In this document: in pieces, positions 39,410-51,394 of the stretch
How the letters are laid out: each line of letters begins with the position of its first letter
Numbering within the stretch: the first letter of the stretch is position 1
DNA from: Callorhinchus milii
Taxonomy: Eukaryota
NCBI RefSeq assembly: GCF_018977255.1
Contig: NW_024704757.1
Span: 10,106,001-10,170,000 of the forward strand
Length of the DNA stretch: 64,000 nucleotides
Direction of reading: 5' to 3'
Program-made: the position numbers and the translations under genes
The notes under the pieces: model-generated
The model's input: the letters and a program-made list of their open reading frames with translations, nothing else
Databases searched by the model: none
Told to the model about the DNA's origin: nothing

Positions 39410-39692
39410 ATTTGAATGTTGCATTTATCTGGTATTTGATTGATGATGATTTTATTTTTTATGGCGTTGCCAAATTCTTGCTGCATTGCATCTACTTCAT
39501 GCATATTTCACTCCCAGAGTGCCAAGCAGCTGTGAACACTTTCCTGATTACCCGGCAATATGAAGATAGCACGCAGTCACATAGGTCACAGAGAGGCCTC
39601 ACCATCACTGTCACACTGAAAGCCCAGCCCTTAATCTCTCTTGTGCACTCACGCACTGAGTCGGCCGTCAGGAAAAACTTTCACATCCTTCC
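39410..39692 (+). repeat. Unclassified repeat (possible MITE), inverted copy at 50798-51115
   Basis: Direct alignment. Both copies end in a similar caggaa.aa.tttcaca.cctt terminus. Confidence 0.9.
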
Positions 39693-39869
39693 GTCCTTTT
39701 TAATAAATATCAATAATAATCCTCACATTTGCTCGAGCAACTTTCAAGTTGGGAGGACGTCTCAAAGTACTTCACAGGATTTACTGGAAAATGTAGTGAT
39801 TGTGTATTTTCCAGGCAGATATTTTAGAATAAAGGATATTTTAATGTATCAATATTTAATGCTGTCCCT

Positions 39870-40065
39870 GATCTAAGTTACTGAGCCAGACAATAGAGTC
39901 CAATGGAGTTGATTAACATCAGTAGAGATACAGATAATAACAGTATTGTTTGAGAGCAGTTACTAAACCCGACTGTGCAAGGCATATAGAGTAACGTTGG
40001 TAGAAATATGGTTAGTAAAACAGGGTGCTGGCTGGGAAGAGTTAATGATCTCGACTGAGTAAGGC
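39870..40065 (-). repeat. Degenerate ~70-bp minisatellite family, about 3 units
   Basis: agttactgagcc, ttaacatcagtagag and cagggtgctggctgggaagagtta are reverse units of 50150-50725. Confidence 0.7.
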
Positions 40066-43000
40066 AGATAGATGATGTAGACGTCTCTTAGTCTCCCGCC
40101 TCTATCTCTCCCGCCTTCTCTTCTTCCTTCCTCTCTTTTCCCTCCACTGTCTGTGTATCAGCATTTACTCTGATGATATCCCCAGTTTGATGCATATTAA
40201 TGGCTCTAGCAGCAGTGTTTGTAAATCCATCCCAAAACACCACTTTCTAAATAGGAATAAACATTATGAAAGTTCTAATTATTTTAAGCAAACATGTAAT
40301 TCAGCCCAATATTATATACTTTGAATGTTGTTTTTAAAAAATCCATTCTAGATCTACTTTAAAATCATTGGAGATACAGTAAGTAACACTCACACTAGCT
40401 GGAAGAGAGTCAGATTAATATTACTAGAAATGCTGTTAGCAACACCATTCAGGTGTCCAAATCGGGCAGATTTCTGCTGTGGGTTCACATCTTTTGGAGC
40501 TGAGTGTCAACGGTTCCCAACGCACTTCACATTGGATCCTTATAGCTAATCAGAGAGAAAACCCAGTTTCAATGCATAAAAGGTCAATGAGTTAACCTAC
40601 TACACCATATAGTCAGTGTTTAAATAGACACTGAATTCAATAACAACAAGATTACATTTGTATAGCGCCTTTCACGTCGGGAGGATTTCCCAAGGCATTG
40701 GAATTCAGGAGCATTGGTCCAAAAGCATTGGAATACAGAGAACCCCAGAGCAAAAATGAATACTTACATTGATTATTATGCATGTGGCTTGGGTTAAAAG
40801 ATGCAAAAGGTTGAGTCATTTATTAATGGGAAAACACAATTTATGTTTAACTAATACTTCAAATTTAGTAATTGTGAGTTGGTTGTTTTGACCTTTTTAG
40901 GTCCTTGTCGTTGAGATCTCTCAAAAAGCTTGACAAAATATATTTTAAAGTGGATTGATCCGTGACTCAATATCTATCTAAGATTAAATGATCAGAATTC
41001 TTCACATCTGATGAAAATTTGGAATGAAATTCCTTGTTTGTATGATTAGCAACTTTGATGCTGGATGTCAATGTCAAGAAGTTACATCGTTACATTGAGT
41101 TAAATAGAGTGATATGGGAGAAACAGGACCATTCAGGCCAACTGAATGGTGTGGAATATAAATACCCTGCTGGTATTTATATTCCACACAAGCCCCCGCC
41201 ACTTCTCTTCCCCTCTCCTATTCTCTTCTCCCTCATATGTGCCTCAATTTGTTTCTAAAATACATTGATGCATGCTATTTTCTTTAACCACAGCTTGCAG
41301 CAGTGAGTTCAACTTCCAGCAGTACGTTTACACTCCAGGCAATACATCAAATGAAAATGGCTTCTTTCACAAGATCTCAAGAATACATTACATAAAGAAG
41401 ACCCTTTGGCCCATCTGATCTCATCCCTCCAGAACACCCACCCTACCGACCTCCCATCACAGCATCAAGCAGCTTTTTAAATGTGTCCTGGCTTCAATCA
41501 CCCTTACCTGATCCAATTGTTAATTACTCCCTTAAAGTTTCTGCGTGCTAAGTCAACAACCTGCTGACAACAGAGAGTTCAATGGAGATGTAGAAAGGAA
41601 GGGTTAATTGGTAGAAATAAATAAAAAGAACATTAAAATAGAATAAAGTACTGAGGACAAAGGTCATGCTATTGGAGAATGTCAGCTGCAGTCCCGGGTT
41701 TCTCCCAGGGCACCATCATGGTGGAACTTTGGCACAAAGAGTTCCTTACTGTTCCAAGGGCTGAGCCTATCCACAAAACTCCACAAATGATGACATAGCC
41801 TCTTTAAGAATGTTCGTTCTGTAATCTCAGCTAAACTATTAGCCTGTGTAAATAACCTGATCAGTTAAACCAAATTACAGGATAATTGTCCTTAATAGGA
41901 CAGATATTGGCTGAGCCACAATTTCTTTCAATGTTGTATAAGAGCACACGGGGAAAAAACCTGGTAATTCAACTACTTACAACAGGCTTTAAATACATCT
42001 ATTTTTTGATTGGTTTGTTGGTTGGTGTCTTCAGAATAAAGGGTATACACTCCTATTTCTAGCCTTTGACCTTGGTCTGTGTGTTTAGCAAGCTATGTAA
42101 AGTCACCCCAAAGTGTACAGGGTGTGGAAGGGAGATCCAAAAGAAAATAAGAAAGGGATAGAGATTGCACTTGACTGTAGATTTTCTCTATTTTCTTAGC
42201 ATTTCAGTGTGTCCAGAATTTGGCAAATTCTTAAGTGCAATCTCAATTTTCAGTTGATTTTCCGTTGGTTCTTCAAACAATTACAGAATGCTGGCTTCAA
42301 AGTAAAGATTGAATTAGCAATTTTCCAGATTCTGTGAGATTGAATAAAAGTAGAATTTCTCCCCAGCGATCTTCAGTGTTGACCCAGATAAAAAGTACCA
42401 TCAGGTTTCCCACATGCATTATTTCTAGAGTTATTTTTCTTTCATGAAGTATAATGGCTACTCTTAGAACTAGACAGTTTACAGCAAAAAAAAATTCAGC
42501 CCATCAGACCGTGTTGGTGTTAGTTCCTTCAGTGAAGTGTCTACTCGAATCTCATTCTACAATTCTTTCCCCATGGCCTTCAACATGATTTTAGGGAGTA
42601 TTTGTCTATTTCTTTCAAATGCTGTTTTGAAATTGGTTGAAAAAGCCACGTGTGGGTAATGTATTCCACATTCTACTAACATTCTGGGCAAATAAATCTT
42701 CTAACCTCTATCCATCTTCTGGCAATAAATATCTAAGTCAAGAGCCACACACATATCAGATTTTAAAGGGTGTACTGGAGCTGTGTAATAGGTGTTACAC
42801 AGTGAATGGCTGCTGAAGCACAATTCGCATCTCATTTATTTTCGGTCTTTGGCGACAGTAAGCCAAACAGCACTAGGAAGACAATGATGGAGTCCTATTC
42901 TATTACAATCTCATGCACATAGTAGAGCTGCAAACCAGACGGATATTCCAGCAGCATCACAGCAACCTCTTTGAAAGCAGGGGAGGCATTTATATCACCC

Positions 43001-43659
43001 TCGAGAGAATCACTAAGAGCCTCGAGTCTCTGGGAATTTTTGCCTCCTTCCCCATTGCTCTCGTGCCTTTCTATTCTTTCTATTCTAACTGTTACTTTTA
43101 TAACAAATAGCATGCTCAAGTTAGCGTAGGTCATTCATGGGTATTCTTAACACACACACACAAAACAAAGGCCTACTTGTTAACTTGCCTCTGAATTCCC
43201 ACCAGATGCTGTCGGGGCTAGGCTAAAGGTTCTAGGCTCAATTTTTCCTAAACTAACGGCTAATCACAGCTCTCCAGTGGCCGAGTAGACCTCAATCTCA
43301 AGTCATGTTGACTGAGGAGTCTGCGAAGTGTTAGCAGCTTGATAAAGCATCCCCTTGCACTGCTGTGCAACCAGGCTTGCCAATTCACTTTTCATCAGAA
43401 ACAAGAGAAAATTGGCAAAATGATTTGTTAATCCATCTTCTGGTTAGCTTTAAACTTGGCTCCCCTTTCTGTCTTTCTTTAATTTCCAGGATAAACTGTC
43501 CTTTTGCTTATGAAACATATACATCATGTTCAATGAAGTGAATAACAACAGATACCTTTTATTATTCAAACATTACAGCTGTACGTTCTTTTTCTGTCTT
43601 GTTATTGTTTTCTTTCAACTTTTTTTTATTCTCCCCATCCATGCTGAAGGTACTTGCCC

Positions 43660-44050
43660 CGGTTTCTTAGAAACAGAATATTTTCTGTAAAGAGGACCAT
43701 CATGTCTGTGCCACTGTTGCTTTTTTTAAAATCAACTCAACTTTCCAGCTCTTTCACGTGTCCCTTAATATTTTAATGTTCAGGTGCAAACTTAATTCCC
43801 TTTTGAACAATTATATTAATCTAACCTAAATAGCTACTTATGTTAATGAATTCCAAACATTAACAAACTTCTGAAAGAAGAAATTTTTCATAACCTCTCT
43901 CCTAACTTTTCTGCCATCGATCTCCAAATTATGCCCCTTTTTACCAATTCACAAAGTTAAAGGAAATAGCTTTCCCTATCTCTCTGCCATGTCTTTCGGT
44001 ACCTTAAAGATCTCTATCATATAACCTTTTGATCGCTTCTGCTCCAGTGG
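43660..44050 (-). mobile_element. Decayed CR1 3' fragment
   Basis: LEQKRSKGYMIEIFKV and the downstream aaatttcttctttcagaag segment. Confidence 0.65.
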
Positions 44051-45277
44051 AATAAGATAGCTGATGAGATTCTTGGTCCTACAATTTGACATTTGATTTT
44101 TTTTATTAGTTATTGCTCCAGTGCTATCAAAGTTGTCAGTTCCCCAGGAATTTGGATAATGATTGATGATAAACAGCAATTTAATAACATGAAAGAAAAT
44201 AAGCCAATAACAACTTTTGACCATGCATTTCATGAGACATCAGCATCTCCTTCAGTCCATTTCTTATTATTTGACAGACATCACGTTTCTCAATTCCACC
44301 AAGAACTCCATTTACTTTTGACCAATTGACATTTAATGAGGGTACAATTATGATCAAAGGTAATATTCCCTCTCCTCCATGGAGCACAGACTGTCAAAAC
44401 ATACTTCACAAAATTATTCATGAAGAATGGTCATTTAAATGAGTTAACAGAAGGCAGCCAGTACCGTGAATCCATCTCCCAGAATCAGAACCTCCAGGAG
44501 AGAAGGGGAGACAAATTCAAGGAAAAAAACAAAAAAACAAAGGACTTGTAATCTTTCAAGACCTTACCATGCTTTAAATGAATTTTAAACCTTTCATATT
44601 ATCTGAGTTTGGTGGTTAAGGCCACTATCAGCTGCTTGAGTTGGTGCTTGCCCTTTGACTCTATTGAATAGTTAGACGCATTTATCACAACGACAGAATG
44701 CTCATTGACTTTGAATTCCACTTCTGGCATTGGAGATGATGGTATTGTTTTCAAGTGCTTTTCACTTCTAATTAGTACACCTTAAGTATCTGAGCCAGTT
44801 CACTCCAGGGAGAGAGAGTGATGTAATGTTCATTATATACTTTGCTGCTGTCATTTGGATTCTGAGATCATATATTTAAAAAAATCCATAATCTCATAAC
44901 TCACTTGTCAGTATGTGACTCATCCTTTAATTGGATGAACTTTTTTTTTGTGCCTTCAGTGAATTGAAGTGATGGAATGGATGATATCTAATTACATGAC
45001 CTACAGGTGGAAGACTTAAGAGACTGGAGAAACATGATCCTGCAGAGGCAGAGCTGGTGTGTGGCCATAAAACACAATAAAGCTGGTATAAGGCCAAACA
45101 ACAACAATGTGACTATTTTAGAACAGCTCAACAACTAGACATATTGCGCCCATTACAAGACAGAAAAAACGAATAACGATGGATGTGCAGGTAGAAATTT
45201 GTTTCCTGGTTGCTTATATTTTATGTTGATGCATGTATGTATTAGCCTGGAATGGTTGGCAGTACTATAATAAAAAT

Positions 45278-45515
45278 ATAATAATCCTTGCATTTGATAT
45301 AGCGCTTTTCCCGTCTTCTAGATGTCTCAAAGCGCTTCACAGAACATATTGTAAAGTGAATTGGCTGTATATTTTGTGGGCGAAAAGCAGCTGCCAATTG
45401 CACACAGCAGTGTCCCACAAACAGTTGTGGATTGAGTGATCAAATTATTATTATTATTATTTTTTCTTGAGGGATTATTATCAGGCATGTGGAGTAAGGA
45501 AAACTTGCCCAAGCT
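45278..45515 (-). mobile_element. Young SINE, headless
   Basis: Reverse tail through ggagtaaggaaaacttgcccaag. Confidence 0.9.
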
Positions 45516-45854
45516 ACTCTCCTGAGTCAGAAGGCTATGGGTTTTTCTTGAACCATTCACTTAACTTTACCAAATCTGCAATTCCTGTTTTTTTCCTTGA
45601 TTTTCCCCTCTCTTCTCCTGCAGCACTGAAGCATAATAAGGAACAGTTCCAGGGATACCAGTCATCTTCTAGTACCTCGCCCAAGAAATTATACTTCAAT
45701 ATAAGACAGCAAATGTTGGCAGGCTATTCAACCATGAAAGGGCATCATAGCCAAGGCCTACATCATAGCCTGTTCCTAACTTATGCGCGTATATATACAG
45801 CATAACATTCTATCAAGCTATTGGAATACTATGTACGTGGAGTTCTGTAGCTCA

Positions 45855-46162
45855 ATAATAGATTGGTCACTTCAATCCACAACTGTTTGTGGGACGCTGC
45901 TGTGCACAATTGGCTGCCGCATTTCGCCCACAAATATACAGTCAATTCACTTTACAGTAATAATATAATAAGAATAATCCTTGCATTTGATATAGCGCTT
46001 TTCACGTCTTCTCGACATCTCAAAGTGCTTCACAAAATAGACTGTGAAGTGAATTGACTGTATGTTTGTGGGCGAAGTATATTCTGTGAAGCGCTTTGAG
46101 ACGTCTAGAAGAGGTGCAAAGCGCTATATCAAATGCAAGGATTATTAGTATTATTATTATTA
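45855..46162. mobile_element. Plus-strand SINE split by an antisense SINE tail (45960-46075)
   Basis: The host reads ...cactttacAGTA [reverse tail] AGTAtattctgtgaagcgc..., with agta at 45956-45959 and 46076-46079. Confidence 0.88.
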
Positions 46163-47289
46163 CTGAGCTCCTTGAATCTTCACCTATCCCACCACTACCA
46201 TTTCTCACCTGGTACTGTTCCGATCAGCACTTGCTAGTCGCGGACCAAGTGTTTCATTTCTAAACCTTTACTGATACGCCTTGGGTTGGTGAGTGAAAAG
46301 CAGCTCAAATTGATTCATCCTGAAATTTGTTCCTTCCTCCTTTTGCAAAACTACCCTTCCAATCCCTCCCTCATGACAGCTCAGATAGATGGAAACCCAT
46401 GACCTTACCCTCAATTGGCAGCCTGTTGTTCTGCTGGCACAGGACTTTACTGCTCCACTGTAGCATCTAGTGAATTAACTTGTTCCACTTGGTCTAATCT
46501 GGGAACAAAGTTTGTTCATTTCTGGCAGTGTAGGATAGATTAATCCTATAAGCTTCTTCTCAGCAACCAAATTCAAGTTGAAGGCTTTTTCTTGTATTTT
46601 TGTACATGATTCCAACATCTACAAGAAATATAGTGGCTGCATCAAAAACATTTTGTCACTTACAGTAATTCCTAGCTAATAATATATTTCTGAATTATAC
46701 ATATTTTCCTTTCATCTGCAACTGACAAATTTAGGAAAGTGAAGTTTCATAAGGTTCAGTCACTGCCCGAACCTTCCAATCACTAGTTTGATCATAATCC
46801 AGAAAAAATGAGACCATCTCAAATAAAATTTCACTTTAGTTATATTTTCCAGCATCCAAGCTGGAAGTTTTACCAAGTTATGAAGGTTCATGAAAAGTCC
46901 TGAAGTGTCTGGAAATGTCATTTATACAACACATTGTATTATAGTTAGTCCTTCCTCTGACAGAAAAGCAGGGTTACTAGCAACACATTAAGATCTTTAG
47001 AAAAATACAAGTGTTTCCAACCAAGTTATTATTTTTAATTTGCTCCACTCTTTCATGGTTTCATGCTTGACCACAGGTCTACTGACATAATTGCCCTCCA
47101 ATACCTCTCCAGTGGCAATTATTCAATGTATGAATCCAGACAGACTGTGTTATCATGAGGAATGGTCATGAGAGGGAATCACAGCCAAACTTGATTGTGC
47201 CCTCACCCAACATCCAACACCCATACACATACTGATCAGCAAGGAGTCACTGGATAAAAATGAGGAAATCCTCATACACGTGGGGACTC

Positions 47290-47746
47290 ATACACGCATT
47301 CATAACATCCAGGCTTGACTATGCAAACTCCTTGCTTGTCAGCCTCCCCAACTCCTCACTCCATAGGCTGCAGATCATCCAGATCTCTGCAGCCTGCGTC
47401 CTCTTTCCCCACCAGGCTCCATGACCCGCTCCCTCCACTCAGTGGGCCTGCTTCATGTCCCCCGCCTCGCCCACTCCACCATTAGCGGATAGACCTTCTG
47501 TCACTCTGTCCCCACCCACTGGAACTCAATCCCGCAGTCCCTCCACCTCGCCCCCTCTCTTGCCTCCTTCAAGACCCATCTCAACACCCTCCTCTCCGAC
47601 CGTGTTTTCAATCACCCAGCTTCCCCCATCCCCTCCACCCTTCCAATCCCAACCCCCAGCTCAGGTCCAAAACACTGACTGTCCAGCACCTTGGGACATC
47701 TTCCTGACATGAAAGGCGCTATACAAATGTAATTTTGCTGTTGTTG
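47290..47746 (+). mobile_element. L2 LINE 3' end with internal deletion
   Basis: [10 protein letters not shown]...RLQIIQ motif and an L2 tail. Confidence 0.85.
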
Positions 47747-50149
47747 TAGATAATGTACCTGTTATTGAACTGCAGTGCAAAACCAAACTATATCCACAAA
47801 TTATCTGCCATTTACAGTATTTGAATATTTCCCAGCTGTATCTTTCACAAACACGTTGGGGAAGACCTGCTTGTGTGACCAAACGCATTATAAAATTCAT
47901 GATATTTTCCTTCATTAGCACAGAAGCACCTGAATTTATTCCAAAAGATGAATTCAGTGCAAGAGATCAAACCTGGCAATGATGCTCTTGTGGCATCAAA
48001 TAGATGTTGGGTCTCTAGCACTTCAACTTTTAAATAAGTGGTTTGGTTGATGCTTGTATTTTGAACCATTCAGCGATATGTATTTATTCATTAATAAAAC
48101 CTACTAAAATACGATTTGGACTTTGTGTAGCCATAGGTCAGTATGTCATGAAATTGGTGCAGTTAACCGTTGAAATTTCAATATAAACCAGCTTCCCCAC
48201 CCACTGGATCATGCTCATCTTTTCATCTGGCAATGTTTCTATTTGAAAGGTCCATCATGAGCATTCCCGACTGCCTTAGAGTAATATTTGGAGGTTTCCA
48301 CACTCCTCATATTGAAACCCGAGTGAGATCCCCAAATTAGTGCTGAATTTAAGCCAAAGTTGGGCTGTGAGCTCGCCAGGATTTATATATAGATCATTCT
48401 AAAGTCTTCACAACGACAATTACAGCCAGCAGACAGAAGTGATTTTCATCATATAAGTCAAACGGAGAGGTGAAATATCAGTATACTAAGCCACTTCACC
48501 AGCCAGATCTCCTTCATTGTTTCCAATGGAGGAGTTGTAATCACAGTATTAGGGAAGAAGAACAGAAGTGATAAATCAATTTGGATTACTAATAGTTTGT
48601 TTTTGCCTTCACATGCCTGATGCAAATTTTATTTTCTCCCTCATTATTAATTATGTTTGCCTTTGACTCTTTCTCTGTCCCTATTTCTGCTTATTTTTGT
48701 CTTTTGTCCTTTTCTCACAATCTGTTTTAGTGTGCCCGTGACTAGTCCTTCATCATTCTTTATATTTTTAGTTATCTCTGCATTTGTTCAGTATTATTTT
48801 TATCCCATCTCTTCAACCCTCATTTCTCGCCCCTCCTCTTTACCTCATTCTTTCTCCAATACCAGCTGTTAAATACAGAATATTTCTTTTCTATCTCGTT
48901 CTGTCAATTAGATCTACTGAAGAGGCATTACTGATGAGCTGTTGTCACTTTTCTCCTGAACGAGAAGTCTTTTTGAATCACCAAACAAGGTCAAAGCTAA
49001 TCTTTGTCAGAATCAACAATAACAGCCCATGTTTAAGAAACACTGTGATTTTAAACCATTTCATCTTGAAGTCATGGGACAGATGTTTTCTGTTTCATAT
49101 CAAATGTTGCTTTGAACCACATGGCAAATTACACAGTTCTGATGTTATTAATTACAACTCTTTGTTGAAAAATGGAAAATTAAAAAAAAACTGGAAGATG
49201 AGCTAATATTCAGTAAATTGGCTTTAAATAACTGCACAAAATTCTTTTTTTCAAAAGCCACATATTAAGATTTAAGAAAAATACTTTCCTTTGGTCGAAG
49301 TCCTAGAGCATTCTAATTGATGTTTGTGTGTAATTTTCTTTAATATAGAGCAATCCTCACTGACAGATCTGCCCGTCAGTGCCAGACAAACCTTTTTTTC
49401 TAAAAACATCTTTTCTAAGATTGCCTCAGAATGTGACAAACAAAAAATCTGCCTTTTTTTTTTAAAACAATATTTTTTCGTGTGTGCATGTATTGAAGAA
49501 TTACAGATTGAAAATACATTAAAACTGGCATAACCATCCAATCTGTGCTTCTTTTTAAACCTTTCAGTTGATAATAGTCTAAACATTCAGTGAGCTGCCC
49601 CAGTAAAACTAAAGCCTGTTTATACCAGTGGAAATTCCACGGATCAGAAAAATAAATGGCTTGCAAAATCGTCTTTCCAAGGCTGTTCTTAGATTACAAA
49701 GAAAGTGTTTGGAAAGTGAATTAGCTGTCCAAACACACCGTTAAGCCCTCTGAGATGCACTCCTGCCTTTTATTCCCCCTTTAATGCATTTAATATAGAC
49801 TGCTGTTATATAGGCACCTAATAGCGTAAAACCACAACCAAAGGCATGCGTATTGCATGCAGTCATTAACCTCTGTGTTTTTCAGTGAGCTTGGCAATTC
49901 ATCTTCAGATGGTTGGGTAGAGTAGTCCCCTTCAAAATCATTCCTATGACTTAGGTGATCTGCAGCTACACTTTACAGAGAGCCAGATATCAACAGACCA
50001 ATCGTGATATTAAAGTTTTGTGTTGTGCCTATTAAGCCAACAAATGCTATTATCAGGAAATGGAATTTTTTCCTATATCAGGCAGTTCATGTATGATCAT
50101 TAGCAAATTTATCAACTTTTGGCAATTTGAGAGATTTTCCCAGTAATAA

Positions 50150-50725
50150 TCCTTGAATTATATATAGCAAAACCATTACTAGTGTTAATCTAGCTCCCTC
50201 AGACTACAAAACGCAATTTCTTCTCCCAGCTGCATTATTGACAAGCATTCCTGCATGAAGGACGCTATATTATTGTCATTGTTGTTGACTACATCTCTGT
50301 TGATGTTAAACTGGCTCCCTTGCACTGTAAGGCTTAGTTACTTCTCCCAACCAACAACTTGCATTACGGGCTGTATTAAATGACGTTAATTCCAGCACAA
50401 TCAGATTCTGGGCTCAGTAACTCCTCCCAGACAGCACCCTGAATTACTGACTATCTTGTGATAGCAATTCAGCTCCCTCACAGAATCTAGTAACTCCTCT
50501 AACCCAGGGTGCAGCTCTACTAATATGAAACTAGTTACTTTAACATTGTCTTGTTCAGTAACTACTCCCAGCTAATGTCCTACATTAATTATGCATCGCT
50601 ACTTATGTTATTCTGGCTCCCTTATACCACCAGGCTGAGTAACTCCTCTCTCTCCCATATACTGAATCTCTACTGATGTTAAAGGATCGCCCACACTGTC
50701 GGGCTCAATATCTCCTACCAGACAG
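50150..50725 (+). repeat. Degenerate tandem array, ~70-bp unit, roughly 7-8 units
   Basis: Recurring order ctactgatgttaa - ctggctccct - ggctcagtaactcctccca - gcatta, with agtaactcct-like cores near 50340, 50416, 50489, 50558 and 50638. Confidence 0.75.
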
Positions 50726-50797
50726 TTTTTCCTTTTGACATCATCAGCCTTGAGCTTTCCTACTGTGAAATATATTTCCAAAATCTAAGAAAAGTCA

Positions 50798-50823
50798 AAA
50801 GGGTGTGAAATTTATTCCTGGTT

Positions 50824-50870
<47 letters not shown>

Positions 50871-51115
50871 AAGAGCGAGAGAGACGGAGAGAGTGTGATT
50901 AAGGGCTGAACTTTCAGTGTGACAGTGATGGTGAGGCCTCTCTGTGACCTATGTGACTGCGTGCTATCTTCATATTGCCGGGTAATCAGGAAAGTGTTCA
51001 CAGCTGCTTCGTACTCTGGGAGTGAAATATGTACGAAGCAGATGCAATGCAGCAAGAATTTGGCAAAAATAAAATCACAATCAGTCAAATAACAGATAAA
51101 AGCAACGTTCAAGTT
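50798..51115 (-). repeat. Inverted copy of 39410-39692 containing a (GT)n microsatellite (50825-50866)
   Basis: Direct alignment, with 99 bp identical (50911-51009 versus 39524-39622). Confidence 0.9.
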
Positions 51116-51394
51116 TATGATAAGCTTGCCTGAATTCGCTAAAAAATAAACATCAGTATTTGTTGGTTTTTGAGATGTTCCCCAATCTGATGCAAGTAAC
51201 ATTTCATTGATACGTTTACCCTGCCCACTCAAACCACTGCATTCCGGGTGAAGGGTGCCATAAAATGAAAGTTGTTGCTGTACATCCTCTTGTATAACCA
51301 TTAATTCCCTGGCTCCCCTGAAATCCAGGGCTGTTTCCAAATCCACCCGCTCCCCAGGTGCAACAGTCATCTTCGCTCGGAACAGTCAAACCCG

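Noticed and set aside
50150-50725. CRISPR-like repeat-spacer array
   Set aside because: Vertebrate DNA, whole units are degenerate copies without unique spacers, and there are no cas genes.
50795-51370. 191-aa ORF sharing a peptide with ORF 39412..39876
   Set aside because: The shared peptide only reflects the duplicated repeat, and the frame runs into a (CA)n microsatellite.
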